Shown: positions 10,556 to 20,091 of the stretch, piece by piece | How the letters are laid out: every line of letters starts with the position of its first letter | Position numbering within the stretch: position 1 is the stretch's first letter | Origin: Spirochaetia bacterium | GTDB lineage: Bacteria; Spirochaetota; Spirochaetia; UBA9216 | Direction of reading: 5' to 3' | Length of the DNA: 64,000 nucleotides | Assembly: GCA_963677925.2 (NCBI GenBank) | Contig: CAXXYH010000004.1 | Location: forward strand, 736,001-800,000 | The notes under the pieces: generated by a model | Seen by the model: only the letters and a program-made list of their open reading frames with translations | Databases searched by the model: none | What the model was told of the DNA's origin: nothing | Position numbers and translations under genes: made by a program

Positions 10556-11192
10556 TCTTCTGCACAAGGAATTTAATCTATCTATTAACCGGTTTTTTGT
10601 TATTCTCATGCCGTTGATCACAGGGGCTCTGTTTCTGATCCCTCAGTGGCCATATTTTATAGCCATGATGTATTTCTTCTTTATATCTGTACCAACTCTT
10701 TCAAGTTCCTACAATTCACAGAAAGACAACGAGTTTTCTATGATTATGCCGGTAAGAAAGACCGATGTTGTGAAAGCCAGGATTACAGCATTCTGTATAA
10801 TTGAACTGATTCATATTGCATTCGGTATTATTTTTGCGGTCGTTCATCACATTCTGTATAAGTTTGATAATTTTATGCTTAACCTGAATCCGGCATTTTT
10901 CGGTCTGGCATTTACGATGTTCGGTATTTTCAATATTATATTTTTCAGTATGTACTACAAAACCGCTTACTTCTTCGGTATTCCGACAATTGCAGCAACT
11001 GTAGTGACTGTTCTTTATGTTGCCGGAATCGAAATGTCAGCTATCTTTATTGATTCGGTCCGCTCTTTCTTTGGAAATCCGGCTATTGGAATTCAGCTTT
11101 CAGTTCTGGTCGGCGGAATTGCAGCGTTTGTTATTCTTAATCTTTTAACAGTAAAAATTGCATCCGCAAGGTTTGAAAAAGTGGATATATGA
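10548..11192 (+). CDS. ABC-2 transporter permease
   Basis: About six TM helices; MPVRKTDVVKAR motif; ends FEKVDI; overlaps the ATPase gene. Confidence 0.85.
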   Translation: MNNLLHKEFNLSINRFFVILMPLITGALFLIPQWPYFIAMMYFFFISVPTLSSSYNSQKDNEFSMIMPVRKTDVVKARITAFCIIELIHIAFGIIFAVVHHILYKFDNFMLNLNPAFFGLAFTMFGIFNIIFFSMYYKTAYFFGIPTIAATVVTVLYVAGIEMSAIFIDSVRSFFGNPAIGIQLSVLVGGIAAFVILNLLTVKIASARFEKVDI

Positions 11193-11557
11193 TAGGTGTA
11201 AAAATTTCCAATCAGTCTGATAAACCGATTTATCAGCAGCTTTTCGAACAGATTAGTGCCATGATACTTAACCGGGTACTTGAAAGTGATTTCAGTCTGC
11301 CGTCCATAAGGACGGCGGCTAAAGAGCTGCGTGTGAGTGTAATAACCGTTAAGGCCGCATGGGAAGAGCTTGAGCGCTCCGGATTAATTTATACCGTAGC
11401 TGGAAAGGGCTGTTTTATTTCAGAGTTTTCCGATGACGAACTTAGTTTGAAAAGAGATGAAATTATAAATAAGCAGCTTGATAAGGACCTTGTGTTTTAC
11501 AGGAATATGGGTGCCGATAAACAAGAGCTTATCAGTTTAATTGAGAAGAAATTATAA
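11189..11557 (+). CDS. GntR-family (YtrA subfamily) regulator
   Basis: PIYQQL...LPSIRTAAKELRVSVITVKAAWEELE...GKGCFI winged HTH; short C-terminus. Confidence 0.9.
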   Translation: MIGVKISNQSDKPIYQQLFEQISAMILNRVLESDFSLPSIRTAAKELRVSVITVKAAWEELERSGLIYTVAGKGCFISEFSDDELSLKRDEIINKQLDKDLVFYRNMGADKQELISLIEKKL

Positions 11558-11566
11558 AATCAATTA

Positions 11567-11899
11567 TTATGCTCTATTGTGTTTGAAGAATTTTTCAAGT
11601 TCAGTTTTGTCTTCAACAGCAACATCCCAGAAAACAAGTCCTATTTCATAAAAGTGATCTGAAACTTGATCTGTACGTACTACCTTTGCAAAAACATTAA
11701 TCTGTCTCGGGTTTCCGGGCAGAAAGAATTTTAAATGTACAAACTGGTTCGGATCCAGCGGCTCCTCCGAGATTAGGGCAATGCCGGTTTCACTGATATT
11801 TTTGCTGTAGACAAATCTGGTGTTGTTGCAGTTTACTTCAACATCAAGCGGTATGCGGGGAGCTCTCTCTATATGTTTTTTTTCATTCACGCTGTCCAA
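11567..11899 (-). CDS. Stand-alone PilZ domain protein
   Basis: RAPR and NISETG motifs, AKVVR, GLVF. TTG start is uncertain. Confidence 0.82.
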   Translation of the reverse strand: MDSVNEKKHIERAPRIPLDVEVNCNNTRFVYSKNISETGIALISEEPLDPNQFVHLKFFLPGNPRQINVFAKVVRTDQVSDHFYEIGLVFWDVAVEDKTELEKFFKHNRA

Positions 11900-11908
11900 T
11901 ACCCTTTA

Positions 11909-11937
11909 AGTATAGAGTATTGGACAGTATGGTGCAA
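11909..11937 (-). promoter_or_regulatory. Sigma70-type promoter for the pilZ gene
   Basis: TTGCAC-17 bp-TATACT on the minus strand. Confidence 0.6.
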
Positions 11938-11941
11938 ATAT

Positions 11942-13174
11942 TTAAATTTCAATTATGTTTGATTTGGCTATTTTTCCAAGCAGATAGGCGCTCGGTTTAG
12001 GGGTTCTTTCCATTGTTTTCCTGTTAACTCCGATAATTCCGAATTTTGGATCGTAGCCGCTGACCCACTCAAAGTTATCAAAAGCTGACCAGCAGAAATA
12101 TCCCCTTACATCAATACCGTTCTCAATGCAGCCGGCTACACTTTTTATTGCCCTGCTTAGATACTCAACACGGCGGCTGTCATCTTCCATCGCAACCCCG
12201 TTTTCAGTTACATAAACAGGAACTCCGGCAATTGCCGCTGCATCCCGTATCGTACCGCCTATAGCCTCGGGGTAGAACTCTTCGTTCATCTGGTTGATTT
12301 CAATATCTTCGCCCGGGGGAATTACGCCATCGGGACCGACTATCCAGCGAGAGTATGTCTGAACACCCACAAAATCATCACCGCTAAGTCTTTCAAGGTA
12401 ATCCGCTGACAGCTCTTTCTTTAGAAGAGCTGCGTTTTCTTCACCGCCGGGAGCTGTATGGAAATCCATCATGGCAAGGCTTAGGCCTACCGGAAAATTG
12501 CCGGGGCCGGATTTCAGAATGCCGGCAGCTTTTTTATGGGCTGCATGAATAATGTCCCACATCTCCGGTGCTGTAGTGAACTGCCAAAGCCCGAGTTTCT
12601 CAGGCTCAACTCCGAATGCATCAGCGGCCTGCCTCCAGAATGGAATATCCCTTATTGAAAACGGCATCATCGTTGCAATAATCCGGGCGATGTTGGGTTC
12701 ATTGAATGTGCAGACGCCTGTAAACAGATCTCCCATATGCTTTGAGACTTTTTCAATAAATCGGGCGTAACTGTCTATTGTTTTCTTATCCAGCCAGCCG
12801 CCTTTTCTGATAAGCCAGCGAGGGGATATAAAATGATGCATTGTTACAAAGGGTTGAATGCCGTATTCGTGGCAGGTTGAAAGCATTCTTCGGTAATGTT
12901 CCAGTTCTGCATAGGAGAACTCTCCTTCCTCGGGTTCAATCCTTGCCCACTCAAGAGAGAATCTGAATGAGTTCAAACCAAGCTCTGAAAAAAGTTTAAT
13001 GTCTCCAGGGTATCGATGGTAGAAGTCGCAGGCGTCTCCGGAGGGATCCTTGTAAACCGTATCAGGAAGATGTTCCAGCAGCCAGCTCTCACTGTTTATA
13101 TTGTTTCCTTCAACCTGGTGTCCGGCGGTGGCTGTTCCCCATAAAAAGTTTTCCGGAAAATAAAAATCTTTCAA
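11942..13174 (-). CDS. Glycoside hydrolase family 1 beta-glucosidase
   Basis: FLWGTATAGHQVEG; TFNEP (acid/base); YVTENG (nucleophile); DNFEW. Confidence 0.95.
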   Translation of the reverse strand: MKDFYFPENFLWGTATAGHQVEGNNINSESWLLEHLPDTVYKDPSGDACDFYHRYPGDIKLFSELGLNSFRFSLEWARIEPEEGEFSYAELEHYRRMLSTCHEYGIQPFVTMHHFISPRWLIRKGGWLDKKTIDSYARFIEKVSKHMGDLFTGVCTFNEPNIARIIATMMPFSIRDIPFWRQAADAFGVEPEKLGLWQFTTAPEMWDIIHAAHKKAAGILKSGPGNFPVGLSLAMMDFHTAPGGEENAALLKKELSADYLERLSGDDFVGVQTYSRWIVGPDGVIPPGEDIEINQMNEEFYPEAIGGTIRDAAAIAGVPVYVTENGVAMEDDSRRVEYLSRAIKSVAGCIENGIDVRGYFCWSAFDNFEWVSGYDPKFGIIGVNRKTMERTPKPSAYLLGKIAKSNIIEI

Positions 13175-13186
13175 GATAGTGCTCCT

Positions 13187-14149
13187 CTATTGTTGTGTTT
13201 CTTCAAGATGTGCAAGCCAGAAGGGTTTTTCCAGAAGCGGAAGCGAAAAGCGGTTAGACAGCCATTTTTCAACTGCTTCGGTCCAGGCTTCTACGCTCTG
13301 GTTGCACTCATATTTTGAACTGGCTGAGGCCTGGTTTGAAAGGCTCAGTCCATGCGGTCCTTTTTCAAATATGTGAACCTCAAACGGGATCTCTGCTCCG
13401 GCAAGTGCTGCCGACATTTCGCAGGTATTCTGAACCGGTACCAGTGTATCCTCAGTTGTTGCCCATAGAAAGCAGGGCGGAGTAGATTCTGAGACATGCT
13501 GTACCGGACTTGCTGCATCAAGCGCCTCATCAGAGGGGTCAGCGGTTGCAAAGAATGCAATATTTGCAGCCCTTCTCATTTCTGCGGCGAAGGGGTCTTT
13601 CTCGTTCTTGAGGGGTTTCGCCATCAGGTGGTAGTTATACATACCGTAAGCTAAGATTGCAGCGGCGGGTTTAAGTTTTTCCGGTGGTGCATTGAAGAAG
13701 TCTTTGATGAGAGGTTTATCCCAGTATACGGAGTACATTGCGCAGTTATGTGCTCCAGCCGAGAAGCCGCAAACAGCAATTTTTTCAGTATCAAGCAGCC
13801 AGTCTTCAGCATTCTCATGAATTATCAGAAAAGCCTTTCCGATATCCCTAACCGGGGCCGGATGCGCTGTTTCAGGATTCGGCTGCTTAACACTTGAGGG
13901 ATCTATTCCGGCAGCACCACTGCTGTATGTTGAGTACCGCAGTACAAGCGCATGGTATCCCATTGATGCAAATTTGAGTGCAACGGGCTCCGCCTCCCTG
14001 TCGGAGCAGTTCATGTAACCGCCGCCCGGACATACAAGGACTGCAGGCCGTTTTTTTCCGGCAAGCATCTCCGGGGAGTCTTTCAGTATGTATGTGGTCA
14101 GGGTCAGATCTTCCCTGTCAGGATATAATTTGATTGACTTCTGGATCAT
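13187..14149 (-). CDS. Alpha/beta-hydrolase carbohydrate (acetyl/feruloyl-type) esterase
   Basis: CPGGGY oxyanion motif, GFSAG nucleophile, D..VP and GPHG catalytic His. Confidence 0.85.
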   Translation of the reverse strand: MIQKSIKLYPDREDLTLTTYILKDSPEMLAGKKRPAVLVCPGGGYMNCSDREAEPVALKFASMGYHALVLRYSTYSSGAAGIDPSSVKQPNPETAHPAPVRDIGKAFLIIHENAEDWLLDTEKIAVCGFSAGAHNCAMYSVYWDKPLIKDFFNAPPEKLKPAAAILAYGMYNYHLMAKPLKNEKDPFAAEMRRAANIAFFATADPSDEALDAASPVQHVSESTPPCFLWATTEDTLVPVQNTCEMSAALAGAEIPFEVHIFEKGPHGLSLSNQASASSKYECNQSVEAWTEAVEKWLSNRFSLPLLEKPFWLAHLEETQQ

Positions 14150-14170
14150 TTGAGTATCTCCTTTTGTAAT

Positions 14171-16816
14171 TCAGATAGTGAACTCGTTGAGTCCTGCCCT
14201 GAGTTTTCTTTTTATTCCATCTGCCGAATAAACTGCGTCAACGCCGGCAGGTACAATTATGCTGATTCTGCAGCTCTCTCCGTCCTGCTTCCAGCTGCAT
14301 GAAGCTTTACCCCAGGCTGTTCGGATGCTGCAGTCGGCAAATTTAAGGCCGCAGTCTGTTGCCGGAGAGAATTCAATGCTTTTATAACCGTGTGCTGCAA
14401 TTTTTATTCCGCCGATGACTGTGTAGAGGAAGCTTCCGACGCTCCCAAGTGCATAGTGATTGAAAGAAGAGGGCATTACACTGCCATCGGGTCTTACCGC
14501 TTCCCAGTTTTCCCAGATAGTTGTGGCACCGTGTTCAACCATATAGAGCCAGGAAGGGCTTTCCGTCTGGAAAAGCAGTCCGAAAGCTGTTTTTTTGTGT
14601 CCGTGTTTATACAGGATATCAAGGAGGTGTGGTGTTGATACAAAACCGGTGTCCAGCCGTCCGCCGTTTTCTTCTATCAGACAGACCAGCCGCTCTGCCA
14701 TCCGGTTCTGCAGCCCGGGAGTTCCGATTCCTGCCTGAAGGGCCATTACGTAGAGTCCCTGAAGATCTCCTTTGACTATTCCTTCGCTGCTGATATATGT
14801 TTCTTCAACAGCTTTTTTTACAAGTGAAAGTCTTTCTGAAGTTTTTTCAAGCTCCGCATTCAGGCCGCTGCTCTCCTGTCCGGCGGATATTAATGTCTGC
14901 AGAATAACTGACCAGGCTTCAAGAGTTATAGCATGGTAGCAGCTTGCAACAACATCTTTAGTGGCTTCGCTTGCCGCAAAAACTCCGCCTTCCTTCTGCA
15001 CAAAGCTCGGGATAAACCAGTCTCCGAAATGAAAGCCTGTGTTAAACAGAAATTCATTCCACTTCTTTTCAGCCGCTGTACGATCTGAAAGATCTTCCGG
15101 TTTTTCCAGGCATTTAAGTGTTACCCAGTTTATCCAGCCTTTCATCATTTCAAAATTGTCCGTTAGGATGCTGATGTTTCCGTAGCTGCGGTATATTTCA
15201 AGCGGAACGAGTATGCAGGCATCACTCCATGCAGATGAAGAGCTGCCGCCCATGGCTTTCTGGTTTTTTTCCTGTACCGGGTAGTTGGGTACTACAACCG
15301 GAATTTCGCCGCTTTCAAACTGTTCGAGTCTCATGTTTGAAAGCCATGAAGAAAGGAAGCTTTCAAGGCTGTAATTGAAGCAGCCGGTCGGTGCAAAATC
15401 AAGTATGTCTCCGGTCCAGCCGGCTTTTTCCCTCTGTGGACAGTCTGTCGGAACAGAGAACATGTTGGCTCTGGTGCTCTGCTGTATGTTATGCTGCAGC
15501 CGGTTAAGTCTCCTGTCAGAGCAGGAAAAATATCCCCTCTGCTCAAGCTCGGTTCCCATGGCCAGTGCTTTTATGCTTATTATCTGCTCTTTTGAAACTC
15601 CGCTTATTCTCACAAACCTGAAACCGTGATAGGTAAAATCAGGGCGAAATCGTGTTTCTCCGCTGCAGCAGATACACACATCACGCTGATCCTTGTTCCG
15701 ACCCAGAATGTTTCGCAGAAAATTTCCGTCCCGATCAAGGACTTCGCAATAATCAAGAGTTACCTCTGTTCCTTCGGGGGCAGATACAGTTATGTCTGTA
15801 ATTCCGGCAATTACCTGCCCGAAATCAGCAATAAGTTCCCCTGCGGGGGAAACAAAAAATTCAGGATTATATTCGTTATAAATATGAATCGGTCTCGTCG
15901 GCTGAGCAGTCAGATTATCCTTCGGGTAGTCAGCTTTGAGGCATGGAGACCATGGTCCGGGTTCTGCTGAAAAATCGGTCCGCTGGCCGATAAAAAGATC
16001 CGCATAATCTATGATGCTGCGTCTGCTCTCAAAGCTGGAATCAGAGCCTATACAAACGGTGTTGCCATTTTTTAATGTGATCTCAAGCTGTGCAAGGAGG
16101 CCGAGTCTGTCGCCGTACTGACAGCTGTCGCCGGAGATTCCGATTCGTCCTGCCCACCAGCCGTCGGCTAATGTGAAAAGCAGTTCGTTTTCTCCCTCAA
16201 CGCAGAGATCGCTGATATCAAAACTCTGATAGTAAAGACGGTCGTTATATGGCGATGTTTCGGGCGAAAAGAGATTGTTCTCAAGTCCGCTCCCGTTAAG
16301 TCTGACTCTGTAAATACCGTGAGCTGTTGCATAAAGTCTTGCCGTTTCAATATCTGATTTCAGAAAGAAGTTCTTTTGTATTTCCAGGCAGGGTCTAAGT
16401 CGTGTATGTCCTCCGAAGAACTCGGGTTTCGGGATAAACAGCTCATAAAAAGGGATTTCATTTTCTTTTACGGCCGGTTCCTGCTCCGGTTCTATCCATT
16501 CGGCCAGCCAGTCCGTACCGAGGAAGCCGGTTGCAAACTCTGCAGATGCCCCGTATACAGGCAGCCCGTCTTGAAGAAGTTCAGCGGTAACAGTATATTC
16601 TGTTTTGGGTTGAAGCTCCGCACCGGTACATCTGAAATACGGTGCGAATTCACAGTTCCCGCTCTCCCAGATTGTTGCTCCGTCTGTATCGGTTATATAA
16701 AGACTGCAGTATTCAGTCTTGATAGTTTCATTTTTAAGTATCGAAATATCCGGCTCAGTTGAATCGATTACGCATCTTTCATCAAAGCCGTTAACGCGAA
16801 GTTCTATTTTTTTCAT
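14171..16816 (-). CDS. Alpha-L-rhamnosidase, GH78
   Basis: DFGQ, FTYHGFRFV, PTDCPQREKAGWTGD, GATTIWENW and SFNHYALG motifs. Confidence 0.93.
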   Translation of the reverse strand: MKKIELRVNGFDERCVIDSTEPDISILKNETIKTEYCSLYITDTDGATIWESGNCEFAPYFRCTGAELQPKTEYTVTAELLQDGLPVYGASAEFATGFLGTDWLAEWIEPEQEPAVKENEIPFYELFIPKPEFFGGHTRLRPCLEIQKNFFLKSDIETARLYATAHGIYRVRLNGSGLENNLFSPETSPYNDRLYYQSFDISDLCVEGENELLFTLADGWWAGRIGISGDSCQYGDRLGLLAQLEITLKNGNTVCIGSDSSFESRRSIIDYADLFIGQRTDFSAEPGPWSPCLKADYPKDNLTAQPTRPIHIYNEYNPEFFVSPAGELIADFGQVIAGITDITVSAPEGTEVTLDYCEVLDRDGNFLRNILGRNKDQRDVCICCSGETRFRPDFTYHGFRFVRISGVSKEQIISIKALAMGTELEQRGYFSCSDRRLNRLQHNIQQSTRANMFSVPTDCPQREKAGWTGDILDFAPTGCFNYSLESFLSSWLSNMRLEQFESGEIPVVVPNYPVQEKNQKAMGGSSSSAWSDACILVPLEIYRSYGNISILTDNFEMMKGWINWVTLKCLEKPEDLSDRTAAEKKWNEFLFNTGFHFGDWFIPSFVQKEGGVFAASEATKDVVASCYHAITLEAWSVILQTLISAGQESSGLNAELEKTSERLSLVKKAVEETYISSEGIVKGDLQGLYVMALQAGIGTPGLQNRMAERLVCLIEENGGRLDTGFVSTPHLLDILYKHGHKKTAFGLLFQTESPSWLYMVEHGATTIWENWEAVRPDGSVMPSSFNHYALGSVGSFLYTVIGGIKIAAHGYKSIEFSPATDCGLKFADCSIRTAWGKASCSWKQDGESCRISIIVPAGVDAVYSADGIKRKLRAGLNEFTI

Positions 16817-17829
16817 TATGATTCTTTTTTCTGAAGTTCCCTGAGCGCAGACGCCTTCTTGTTACGGTACAGCCTGTTAAGTTCCAGTTTGAAGCTGTTT
16901 GAAATATAAACGAGGAAAAGAAGTACAATTGCTCCGTCGATTACTGTTTTCATCGAGCTGGAGACGCCCATGTTTACAATTCCTGATGATATGGTTGCCT
17001 GAATAAATGCTCCGATTATTACACCGGTGTTTCGGTCTGAATACCTTGCAAGCGCTCCCCCTATGAATACCGGAAGGAAGGCTCCCATCATGAAAGAAGA
17101 ACTGGAGAGTCCTGTCTGTGGAGCAATGTAGCCGTATTGTGACATATACACTGCACCTGCACATGCAAGCAGACCGCCTGCAATGACATAAGCGATCACT
17201 GCATTTTTATTTTCATTTATTCCGACATCCACAGCATTTTTCTGCCCGGTCTGAAGAGCTGCGCTGTCATAGCCGAATTTTGTGAGATTTAGAATATATA
17301 TCAGGATTAACAGTACAACTGCCATAAGGATGAGGCTGTAGGGCGGTCTTGCCCAGATGAGCATGTCAAAACGTCCAATAAGCCTGATGCCGTTTCCGCC
17401 GTTGAGGCTGAACCCTATTGCTTCGTAAATCATTGTTACACCGAGAGAGGTGACCATGGCCGGCAGTCTCAGTGTAATATAAAGCAGGCCGGAAACCAGT
17501 CCGCAGAGCAGGCCGAATCCGACGACTATAAGCACAAAAACAACCGGATTTGCATGAACAGCCTTTGCGACTGTTCCTCCTGCAATAAGAGACAGAATCA
17601 GTACAGAACCTACAGAAAAATCAAGCCGTCCCGAAGTCAGGTTGTAGGACATGGCCAGTGCGATAAAGCCTGAAAAGACCATGTTGTAAAGGATGGTCAT
17701 GAAGTCTGCACCTACGCCGAAGCCTTCGTGTCCGGTCAATCTTGTCAGGACAAAGAAAAACAGGTAGACAATCACGGGTGGAAGTAAAGTAACTAAAATA
17801 TTCTTTGCTGTTCTGTTTTGAAACTGCAT
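16816..17829 (-). CDS. Sugar ABC transporter permease (RbsC-like)
   Basis: Multi-TM; GRLDFSVG motif; operon context. Confidence 0.88.
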   Translation of the reverse strand: MQFQNRTAKNILVTLLPPVIVYLFFFVLTRLTGHEGFGVGADFMTILYNMVFSGFIALAMSYNLTSGRLDFSVGSVLILSLIAGGTVAKAVHANPVVFVLIVVGFGLLCGLVSGLLYITLRLPAMVTSLGVTMIYEAIGFSLNGGNGIRLIGRFDMLIWARPPYSLILMAVVLLILIYILNLTKFGYDSAALQTGQKNAVDVGINENKNAVIAYVIAGGLLACAGAVYMSQYGYIAPQTGLSSSSFMMGAFLPVFIGGALARYSDRNTGVIIGAFIQATISSGIVNMGVSSSMKTVIDGAIVLLFLVYISNSFKLELNRLYRNKKASALRELQKKES

Positions 17830-17848
17830 TTTAATCCTCGGTATTTAC

Positions 17849-17879
17849 CAACTGCCCGGATTGTTCAGCCGGGCAGTTG
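17849..17879 (-). other. Intercistronic stem-loop after the SBP gene (likely mRNA stabiliser)
   Basis: CAACTGCCCGG-9 nt-CCGGGCAGTTG, perfect 11-bp stem with no U-tract on the transcribed strand. Confidence 0.6.
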
Positions 17880-17889
17880 ATTTTTTAGT

Positions 17890-19086
17890 TTAGTTTCCGC
17901 GTCTGGCCTTAACTTCATCAGCTGAGACTGCTGAATAAAGAGCGCTCATGTCACTGACTGTTAAATCAGGATTGAAGGCCACAATCATGCTTTTAATATC
18001 ATCGATGTTGAAAGTCCATTCGCCGCCTTTTCGGTCAACACTTGCGAAGTATGCAAGGTCATCTGCATTTGTAATGACCCTGTTCTTAACTGCTACTCTT
18101 GGCGCTGTTCCGTCGGCGTTTCTCTGCTGGGCGCCGTTTCCATCGACAGCGTTAATTATCATCGGTATGGACATTCCGAAAGTTCCCGAGATTTCTGTAC
18201 AGATACCTACGTAGAACCCGGCGTGGAAGAGTCCTACTATATCTTCTGATACGCCCTCACCGATAGCTGCAACTTTGATTTTTCCGAATTTACCGGAGTT
18301 CTGCATCGGCTGAATCCACATCAGGGCGGTCAGTGTTCCGGCAAGACCGTCGGCATCTGTCTGAAGAGCGTTCGCCTGATGTGCGGCAAAGGCTTCAGTT
18401 CCGGGCCATCCGGGAACTTCATAAACCATTTCAATATCGTAACCGCCGGCTTTTGCTTCCTTTATTCCGTCCATGATTCCGTTGTAGCGCTGTACGAAGA
18501 AGTCAACTCCGTAGTCCTTTCCGCCGCTCATCACAATAATTTTATGTGCTCCGGCATCGACAAGAGCCTTTGTTGTTGCTTTTCCAAACTCATAACTTTC
18601 ATTACCAGAGAAGTGTCCGCCCAGGTAGTATTCGTTGTTTTTAACAGGCTCGTATGTAGGATCATTCATTGCTTCGCCCCAGTAGTACATACCCAGTGAA
18701 GCTGCAAGCTTTACGGACTCGTCGCGGCCCTCGTTATAGTAACCGATGATAGCCTTGCATCCCGCGGCTGCGCACTGTTCAATGAAGGCAAATTCAGCTT
18801 CGGCGCTGTCCAGTGATTCGGACCATATTATATCGAAGTTAAAGTACTGCTGCAGATATTCAAAATAGGTTTTAATGTCCAGGACCTGCTGCGCTGTTGT
18901 GTCGTAGTTTACAAAACCGATTTTGATTTTTTCTGCCGGATATTTCCCGTCTTTTGAAAGTTCTACACCAGAAGGTACATTGTTCTGTAATGATTCTCCT
19001 GAAGCCTTGTCAGCCTGTCCTCCTGCGAAAACCGCTGCTGCGGTGAAGATTAGAAGCAGACAGATTGAAAAAATTCTCTTTTTCAT
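17890..19086 (-). CDS. Sugar ABC transporter substrate-binding protein
   Basis: MKKRIFS...VFAGGQAD signal peptide after GGAGG; lies between the two permeases. Confidence 0.82.
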   Translation of the reverse strand: MKKRIFSICLLLIFTAAAVFAGGQADKASGESLQNNVPSGVELSKDGKYPAEKIKIGFVNYDTTAQQVLDIKTYFEYLQQYFNFDIIWSESLDSAEAEFAFIEQCAAAGCKAIIGYYNEGRDESVKLAASLGMYYWGEAMNDPTYEPVKNNEYYLGGHFSGNESYEFGKATTKALVDAGAHKIIVMSGGKDYGVDFFVQRYNGIMDGIKEAKAGGYDIEMVYEVPGWPGTEAFAAHQANALQTDADGLAGTLTALMWIQPMQNSGKFGKIKVAAIGEGVSEDIVGLFHAGFYVGICTEISGTFGMSIPMIINAVDGNGAQQRNADGTAPRVAVKNRVITNADDLAYFASVDRKGGEWTFNIDDIKSMIVAFNPDLTVSDMSALYSAVSADEVKARRGN

Positions 19087-19121
19087 ACTCATTCCTCCAT
19101 TTTTAATCGAGCATGTATATA

Positions 19122-20081
19122 TCATCTGGGCAGTAGTCTTGTCCGGTATGTCATACTTGCGATGTAGACTATTGCCATAAATATGATAGCCCTGCTAATC
19201 TGCACAGCGGCAAGTCCGAAGCCCATCATTGTAAGCCCGGCATTAAGAACCGCTATGGTAGCTGCGCCTATAAGCCCTGCGGATATCCTGCTTCGGGGGC
19301 CACCGCTTAGCGGCATTCCGCCGAGAACCAGTGCAACAAGAATATTCATTCCGAGTGAGCCGGCTGTTGTTGTTCCTACAGTCCTTGTCCGTATGAGCAG
19401 AACAAATGCTGCAAGACCGGCTCCGGCTGCCGCGATAAGAAATACGGTTATTTTAATTCGTGTAACATTCATTCCCGACTGTTTTGCTGTTACCTGGTTT
19501 CCTCCGAGGATTCTGACTTCAAGGCCAAGCTGGGTATATTTGAAAAGAATCAATGAAAGCAGAAAATAGGCGCCCAGTACTGTAATGTTGATAACTGATA
19601 GCTGACCGTAGGTGAAAGCAGGAATCTCTTTTACTGCCTCATTAAGGTAGATGGTTGCATCATCACCCATAATTACGAGGACAACAGATGAAATCATAAA
19701 ACCCATAACAATGGTTACAATAAAAAGCGGAACATCGACAAAGGCTGCGAATATTCCTTTTATGAGTCCCAGCCCCAGTGATACGGCCAATGCGGTTATG
19801 AATGCGACAAACAGATTTCCTGTTGCAATTGCTGCGTATCCGGCCAGAACGGCACTGAGTGTTACACATCCTCCGATTGACAGATCAAAGTTTCCGGAGC
19901 CGAAAACAAATACCGCCCCTAGTGAAACAAGTGATGTAGTAATAATCTGATTCAGAAGGCTCTGCAGGCTTATCCTGCTGAGCAGTGCCCCGCCTGTTGT
20001 GATTGTGAATATCAGGACTACAAGGACAAATCCCAGCAGTGGAAAGAAGTTTTTAATCCGATCCCAGTTCTGTATTTTCAT
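19122..20081 (-). CDS. Sugar ABC transporter permease (RbsC-like)
   Basis: GNFDLSIG, GGNQVTAKQSG and LVLGGMPLSGG motifs. Confidence 0.9.
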   Translation of the reverse strand: MKIQNWDRIKNFFPLLGFVLVVLIFTITTGGALLSRISLQSLLNQIITTSLVSLGAVFVFGSGNFDLSIGGCVTLSAVLAGYAAIATGNLFVAFITALAVSLGLGLIKGIFAAFVDVPLFIVTIVMGFMISSVVLVIMGDDATIYLNEAVKEIPAFTYGQLSVINITVLGAYFLLSLILFKYTQLGLEVRILGGNQVTAKQSGMNVTRIKITVFLIAAAGAGLAAFVLLIRTRTVGTTTAGSLGMNILVALVLGGMPLSGGPRSRISAGLIGAATIAVLNAGLTMMGFGLAAVQISRAIIFMAIVYIASMTYRTRLLPR

Positions 20082-20091
20082 ATTCTCCGCC

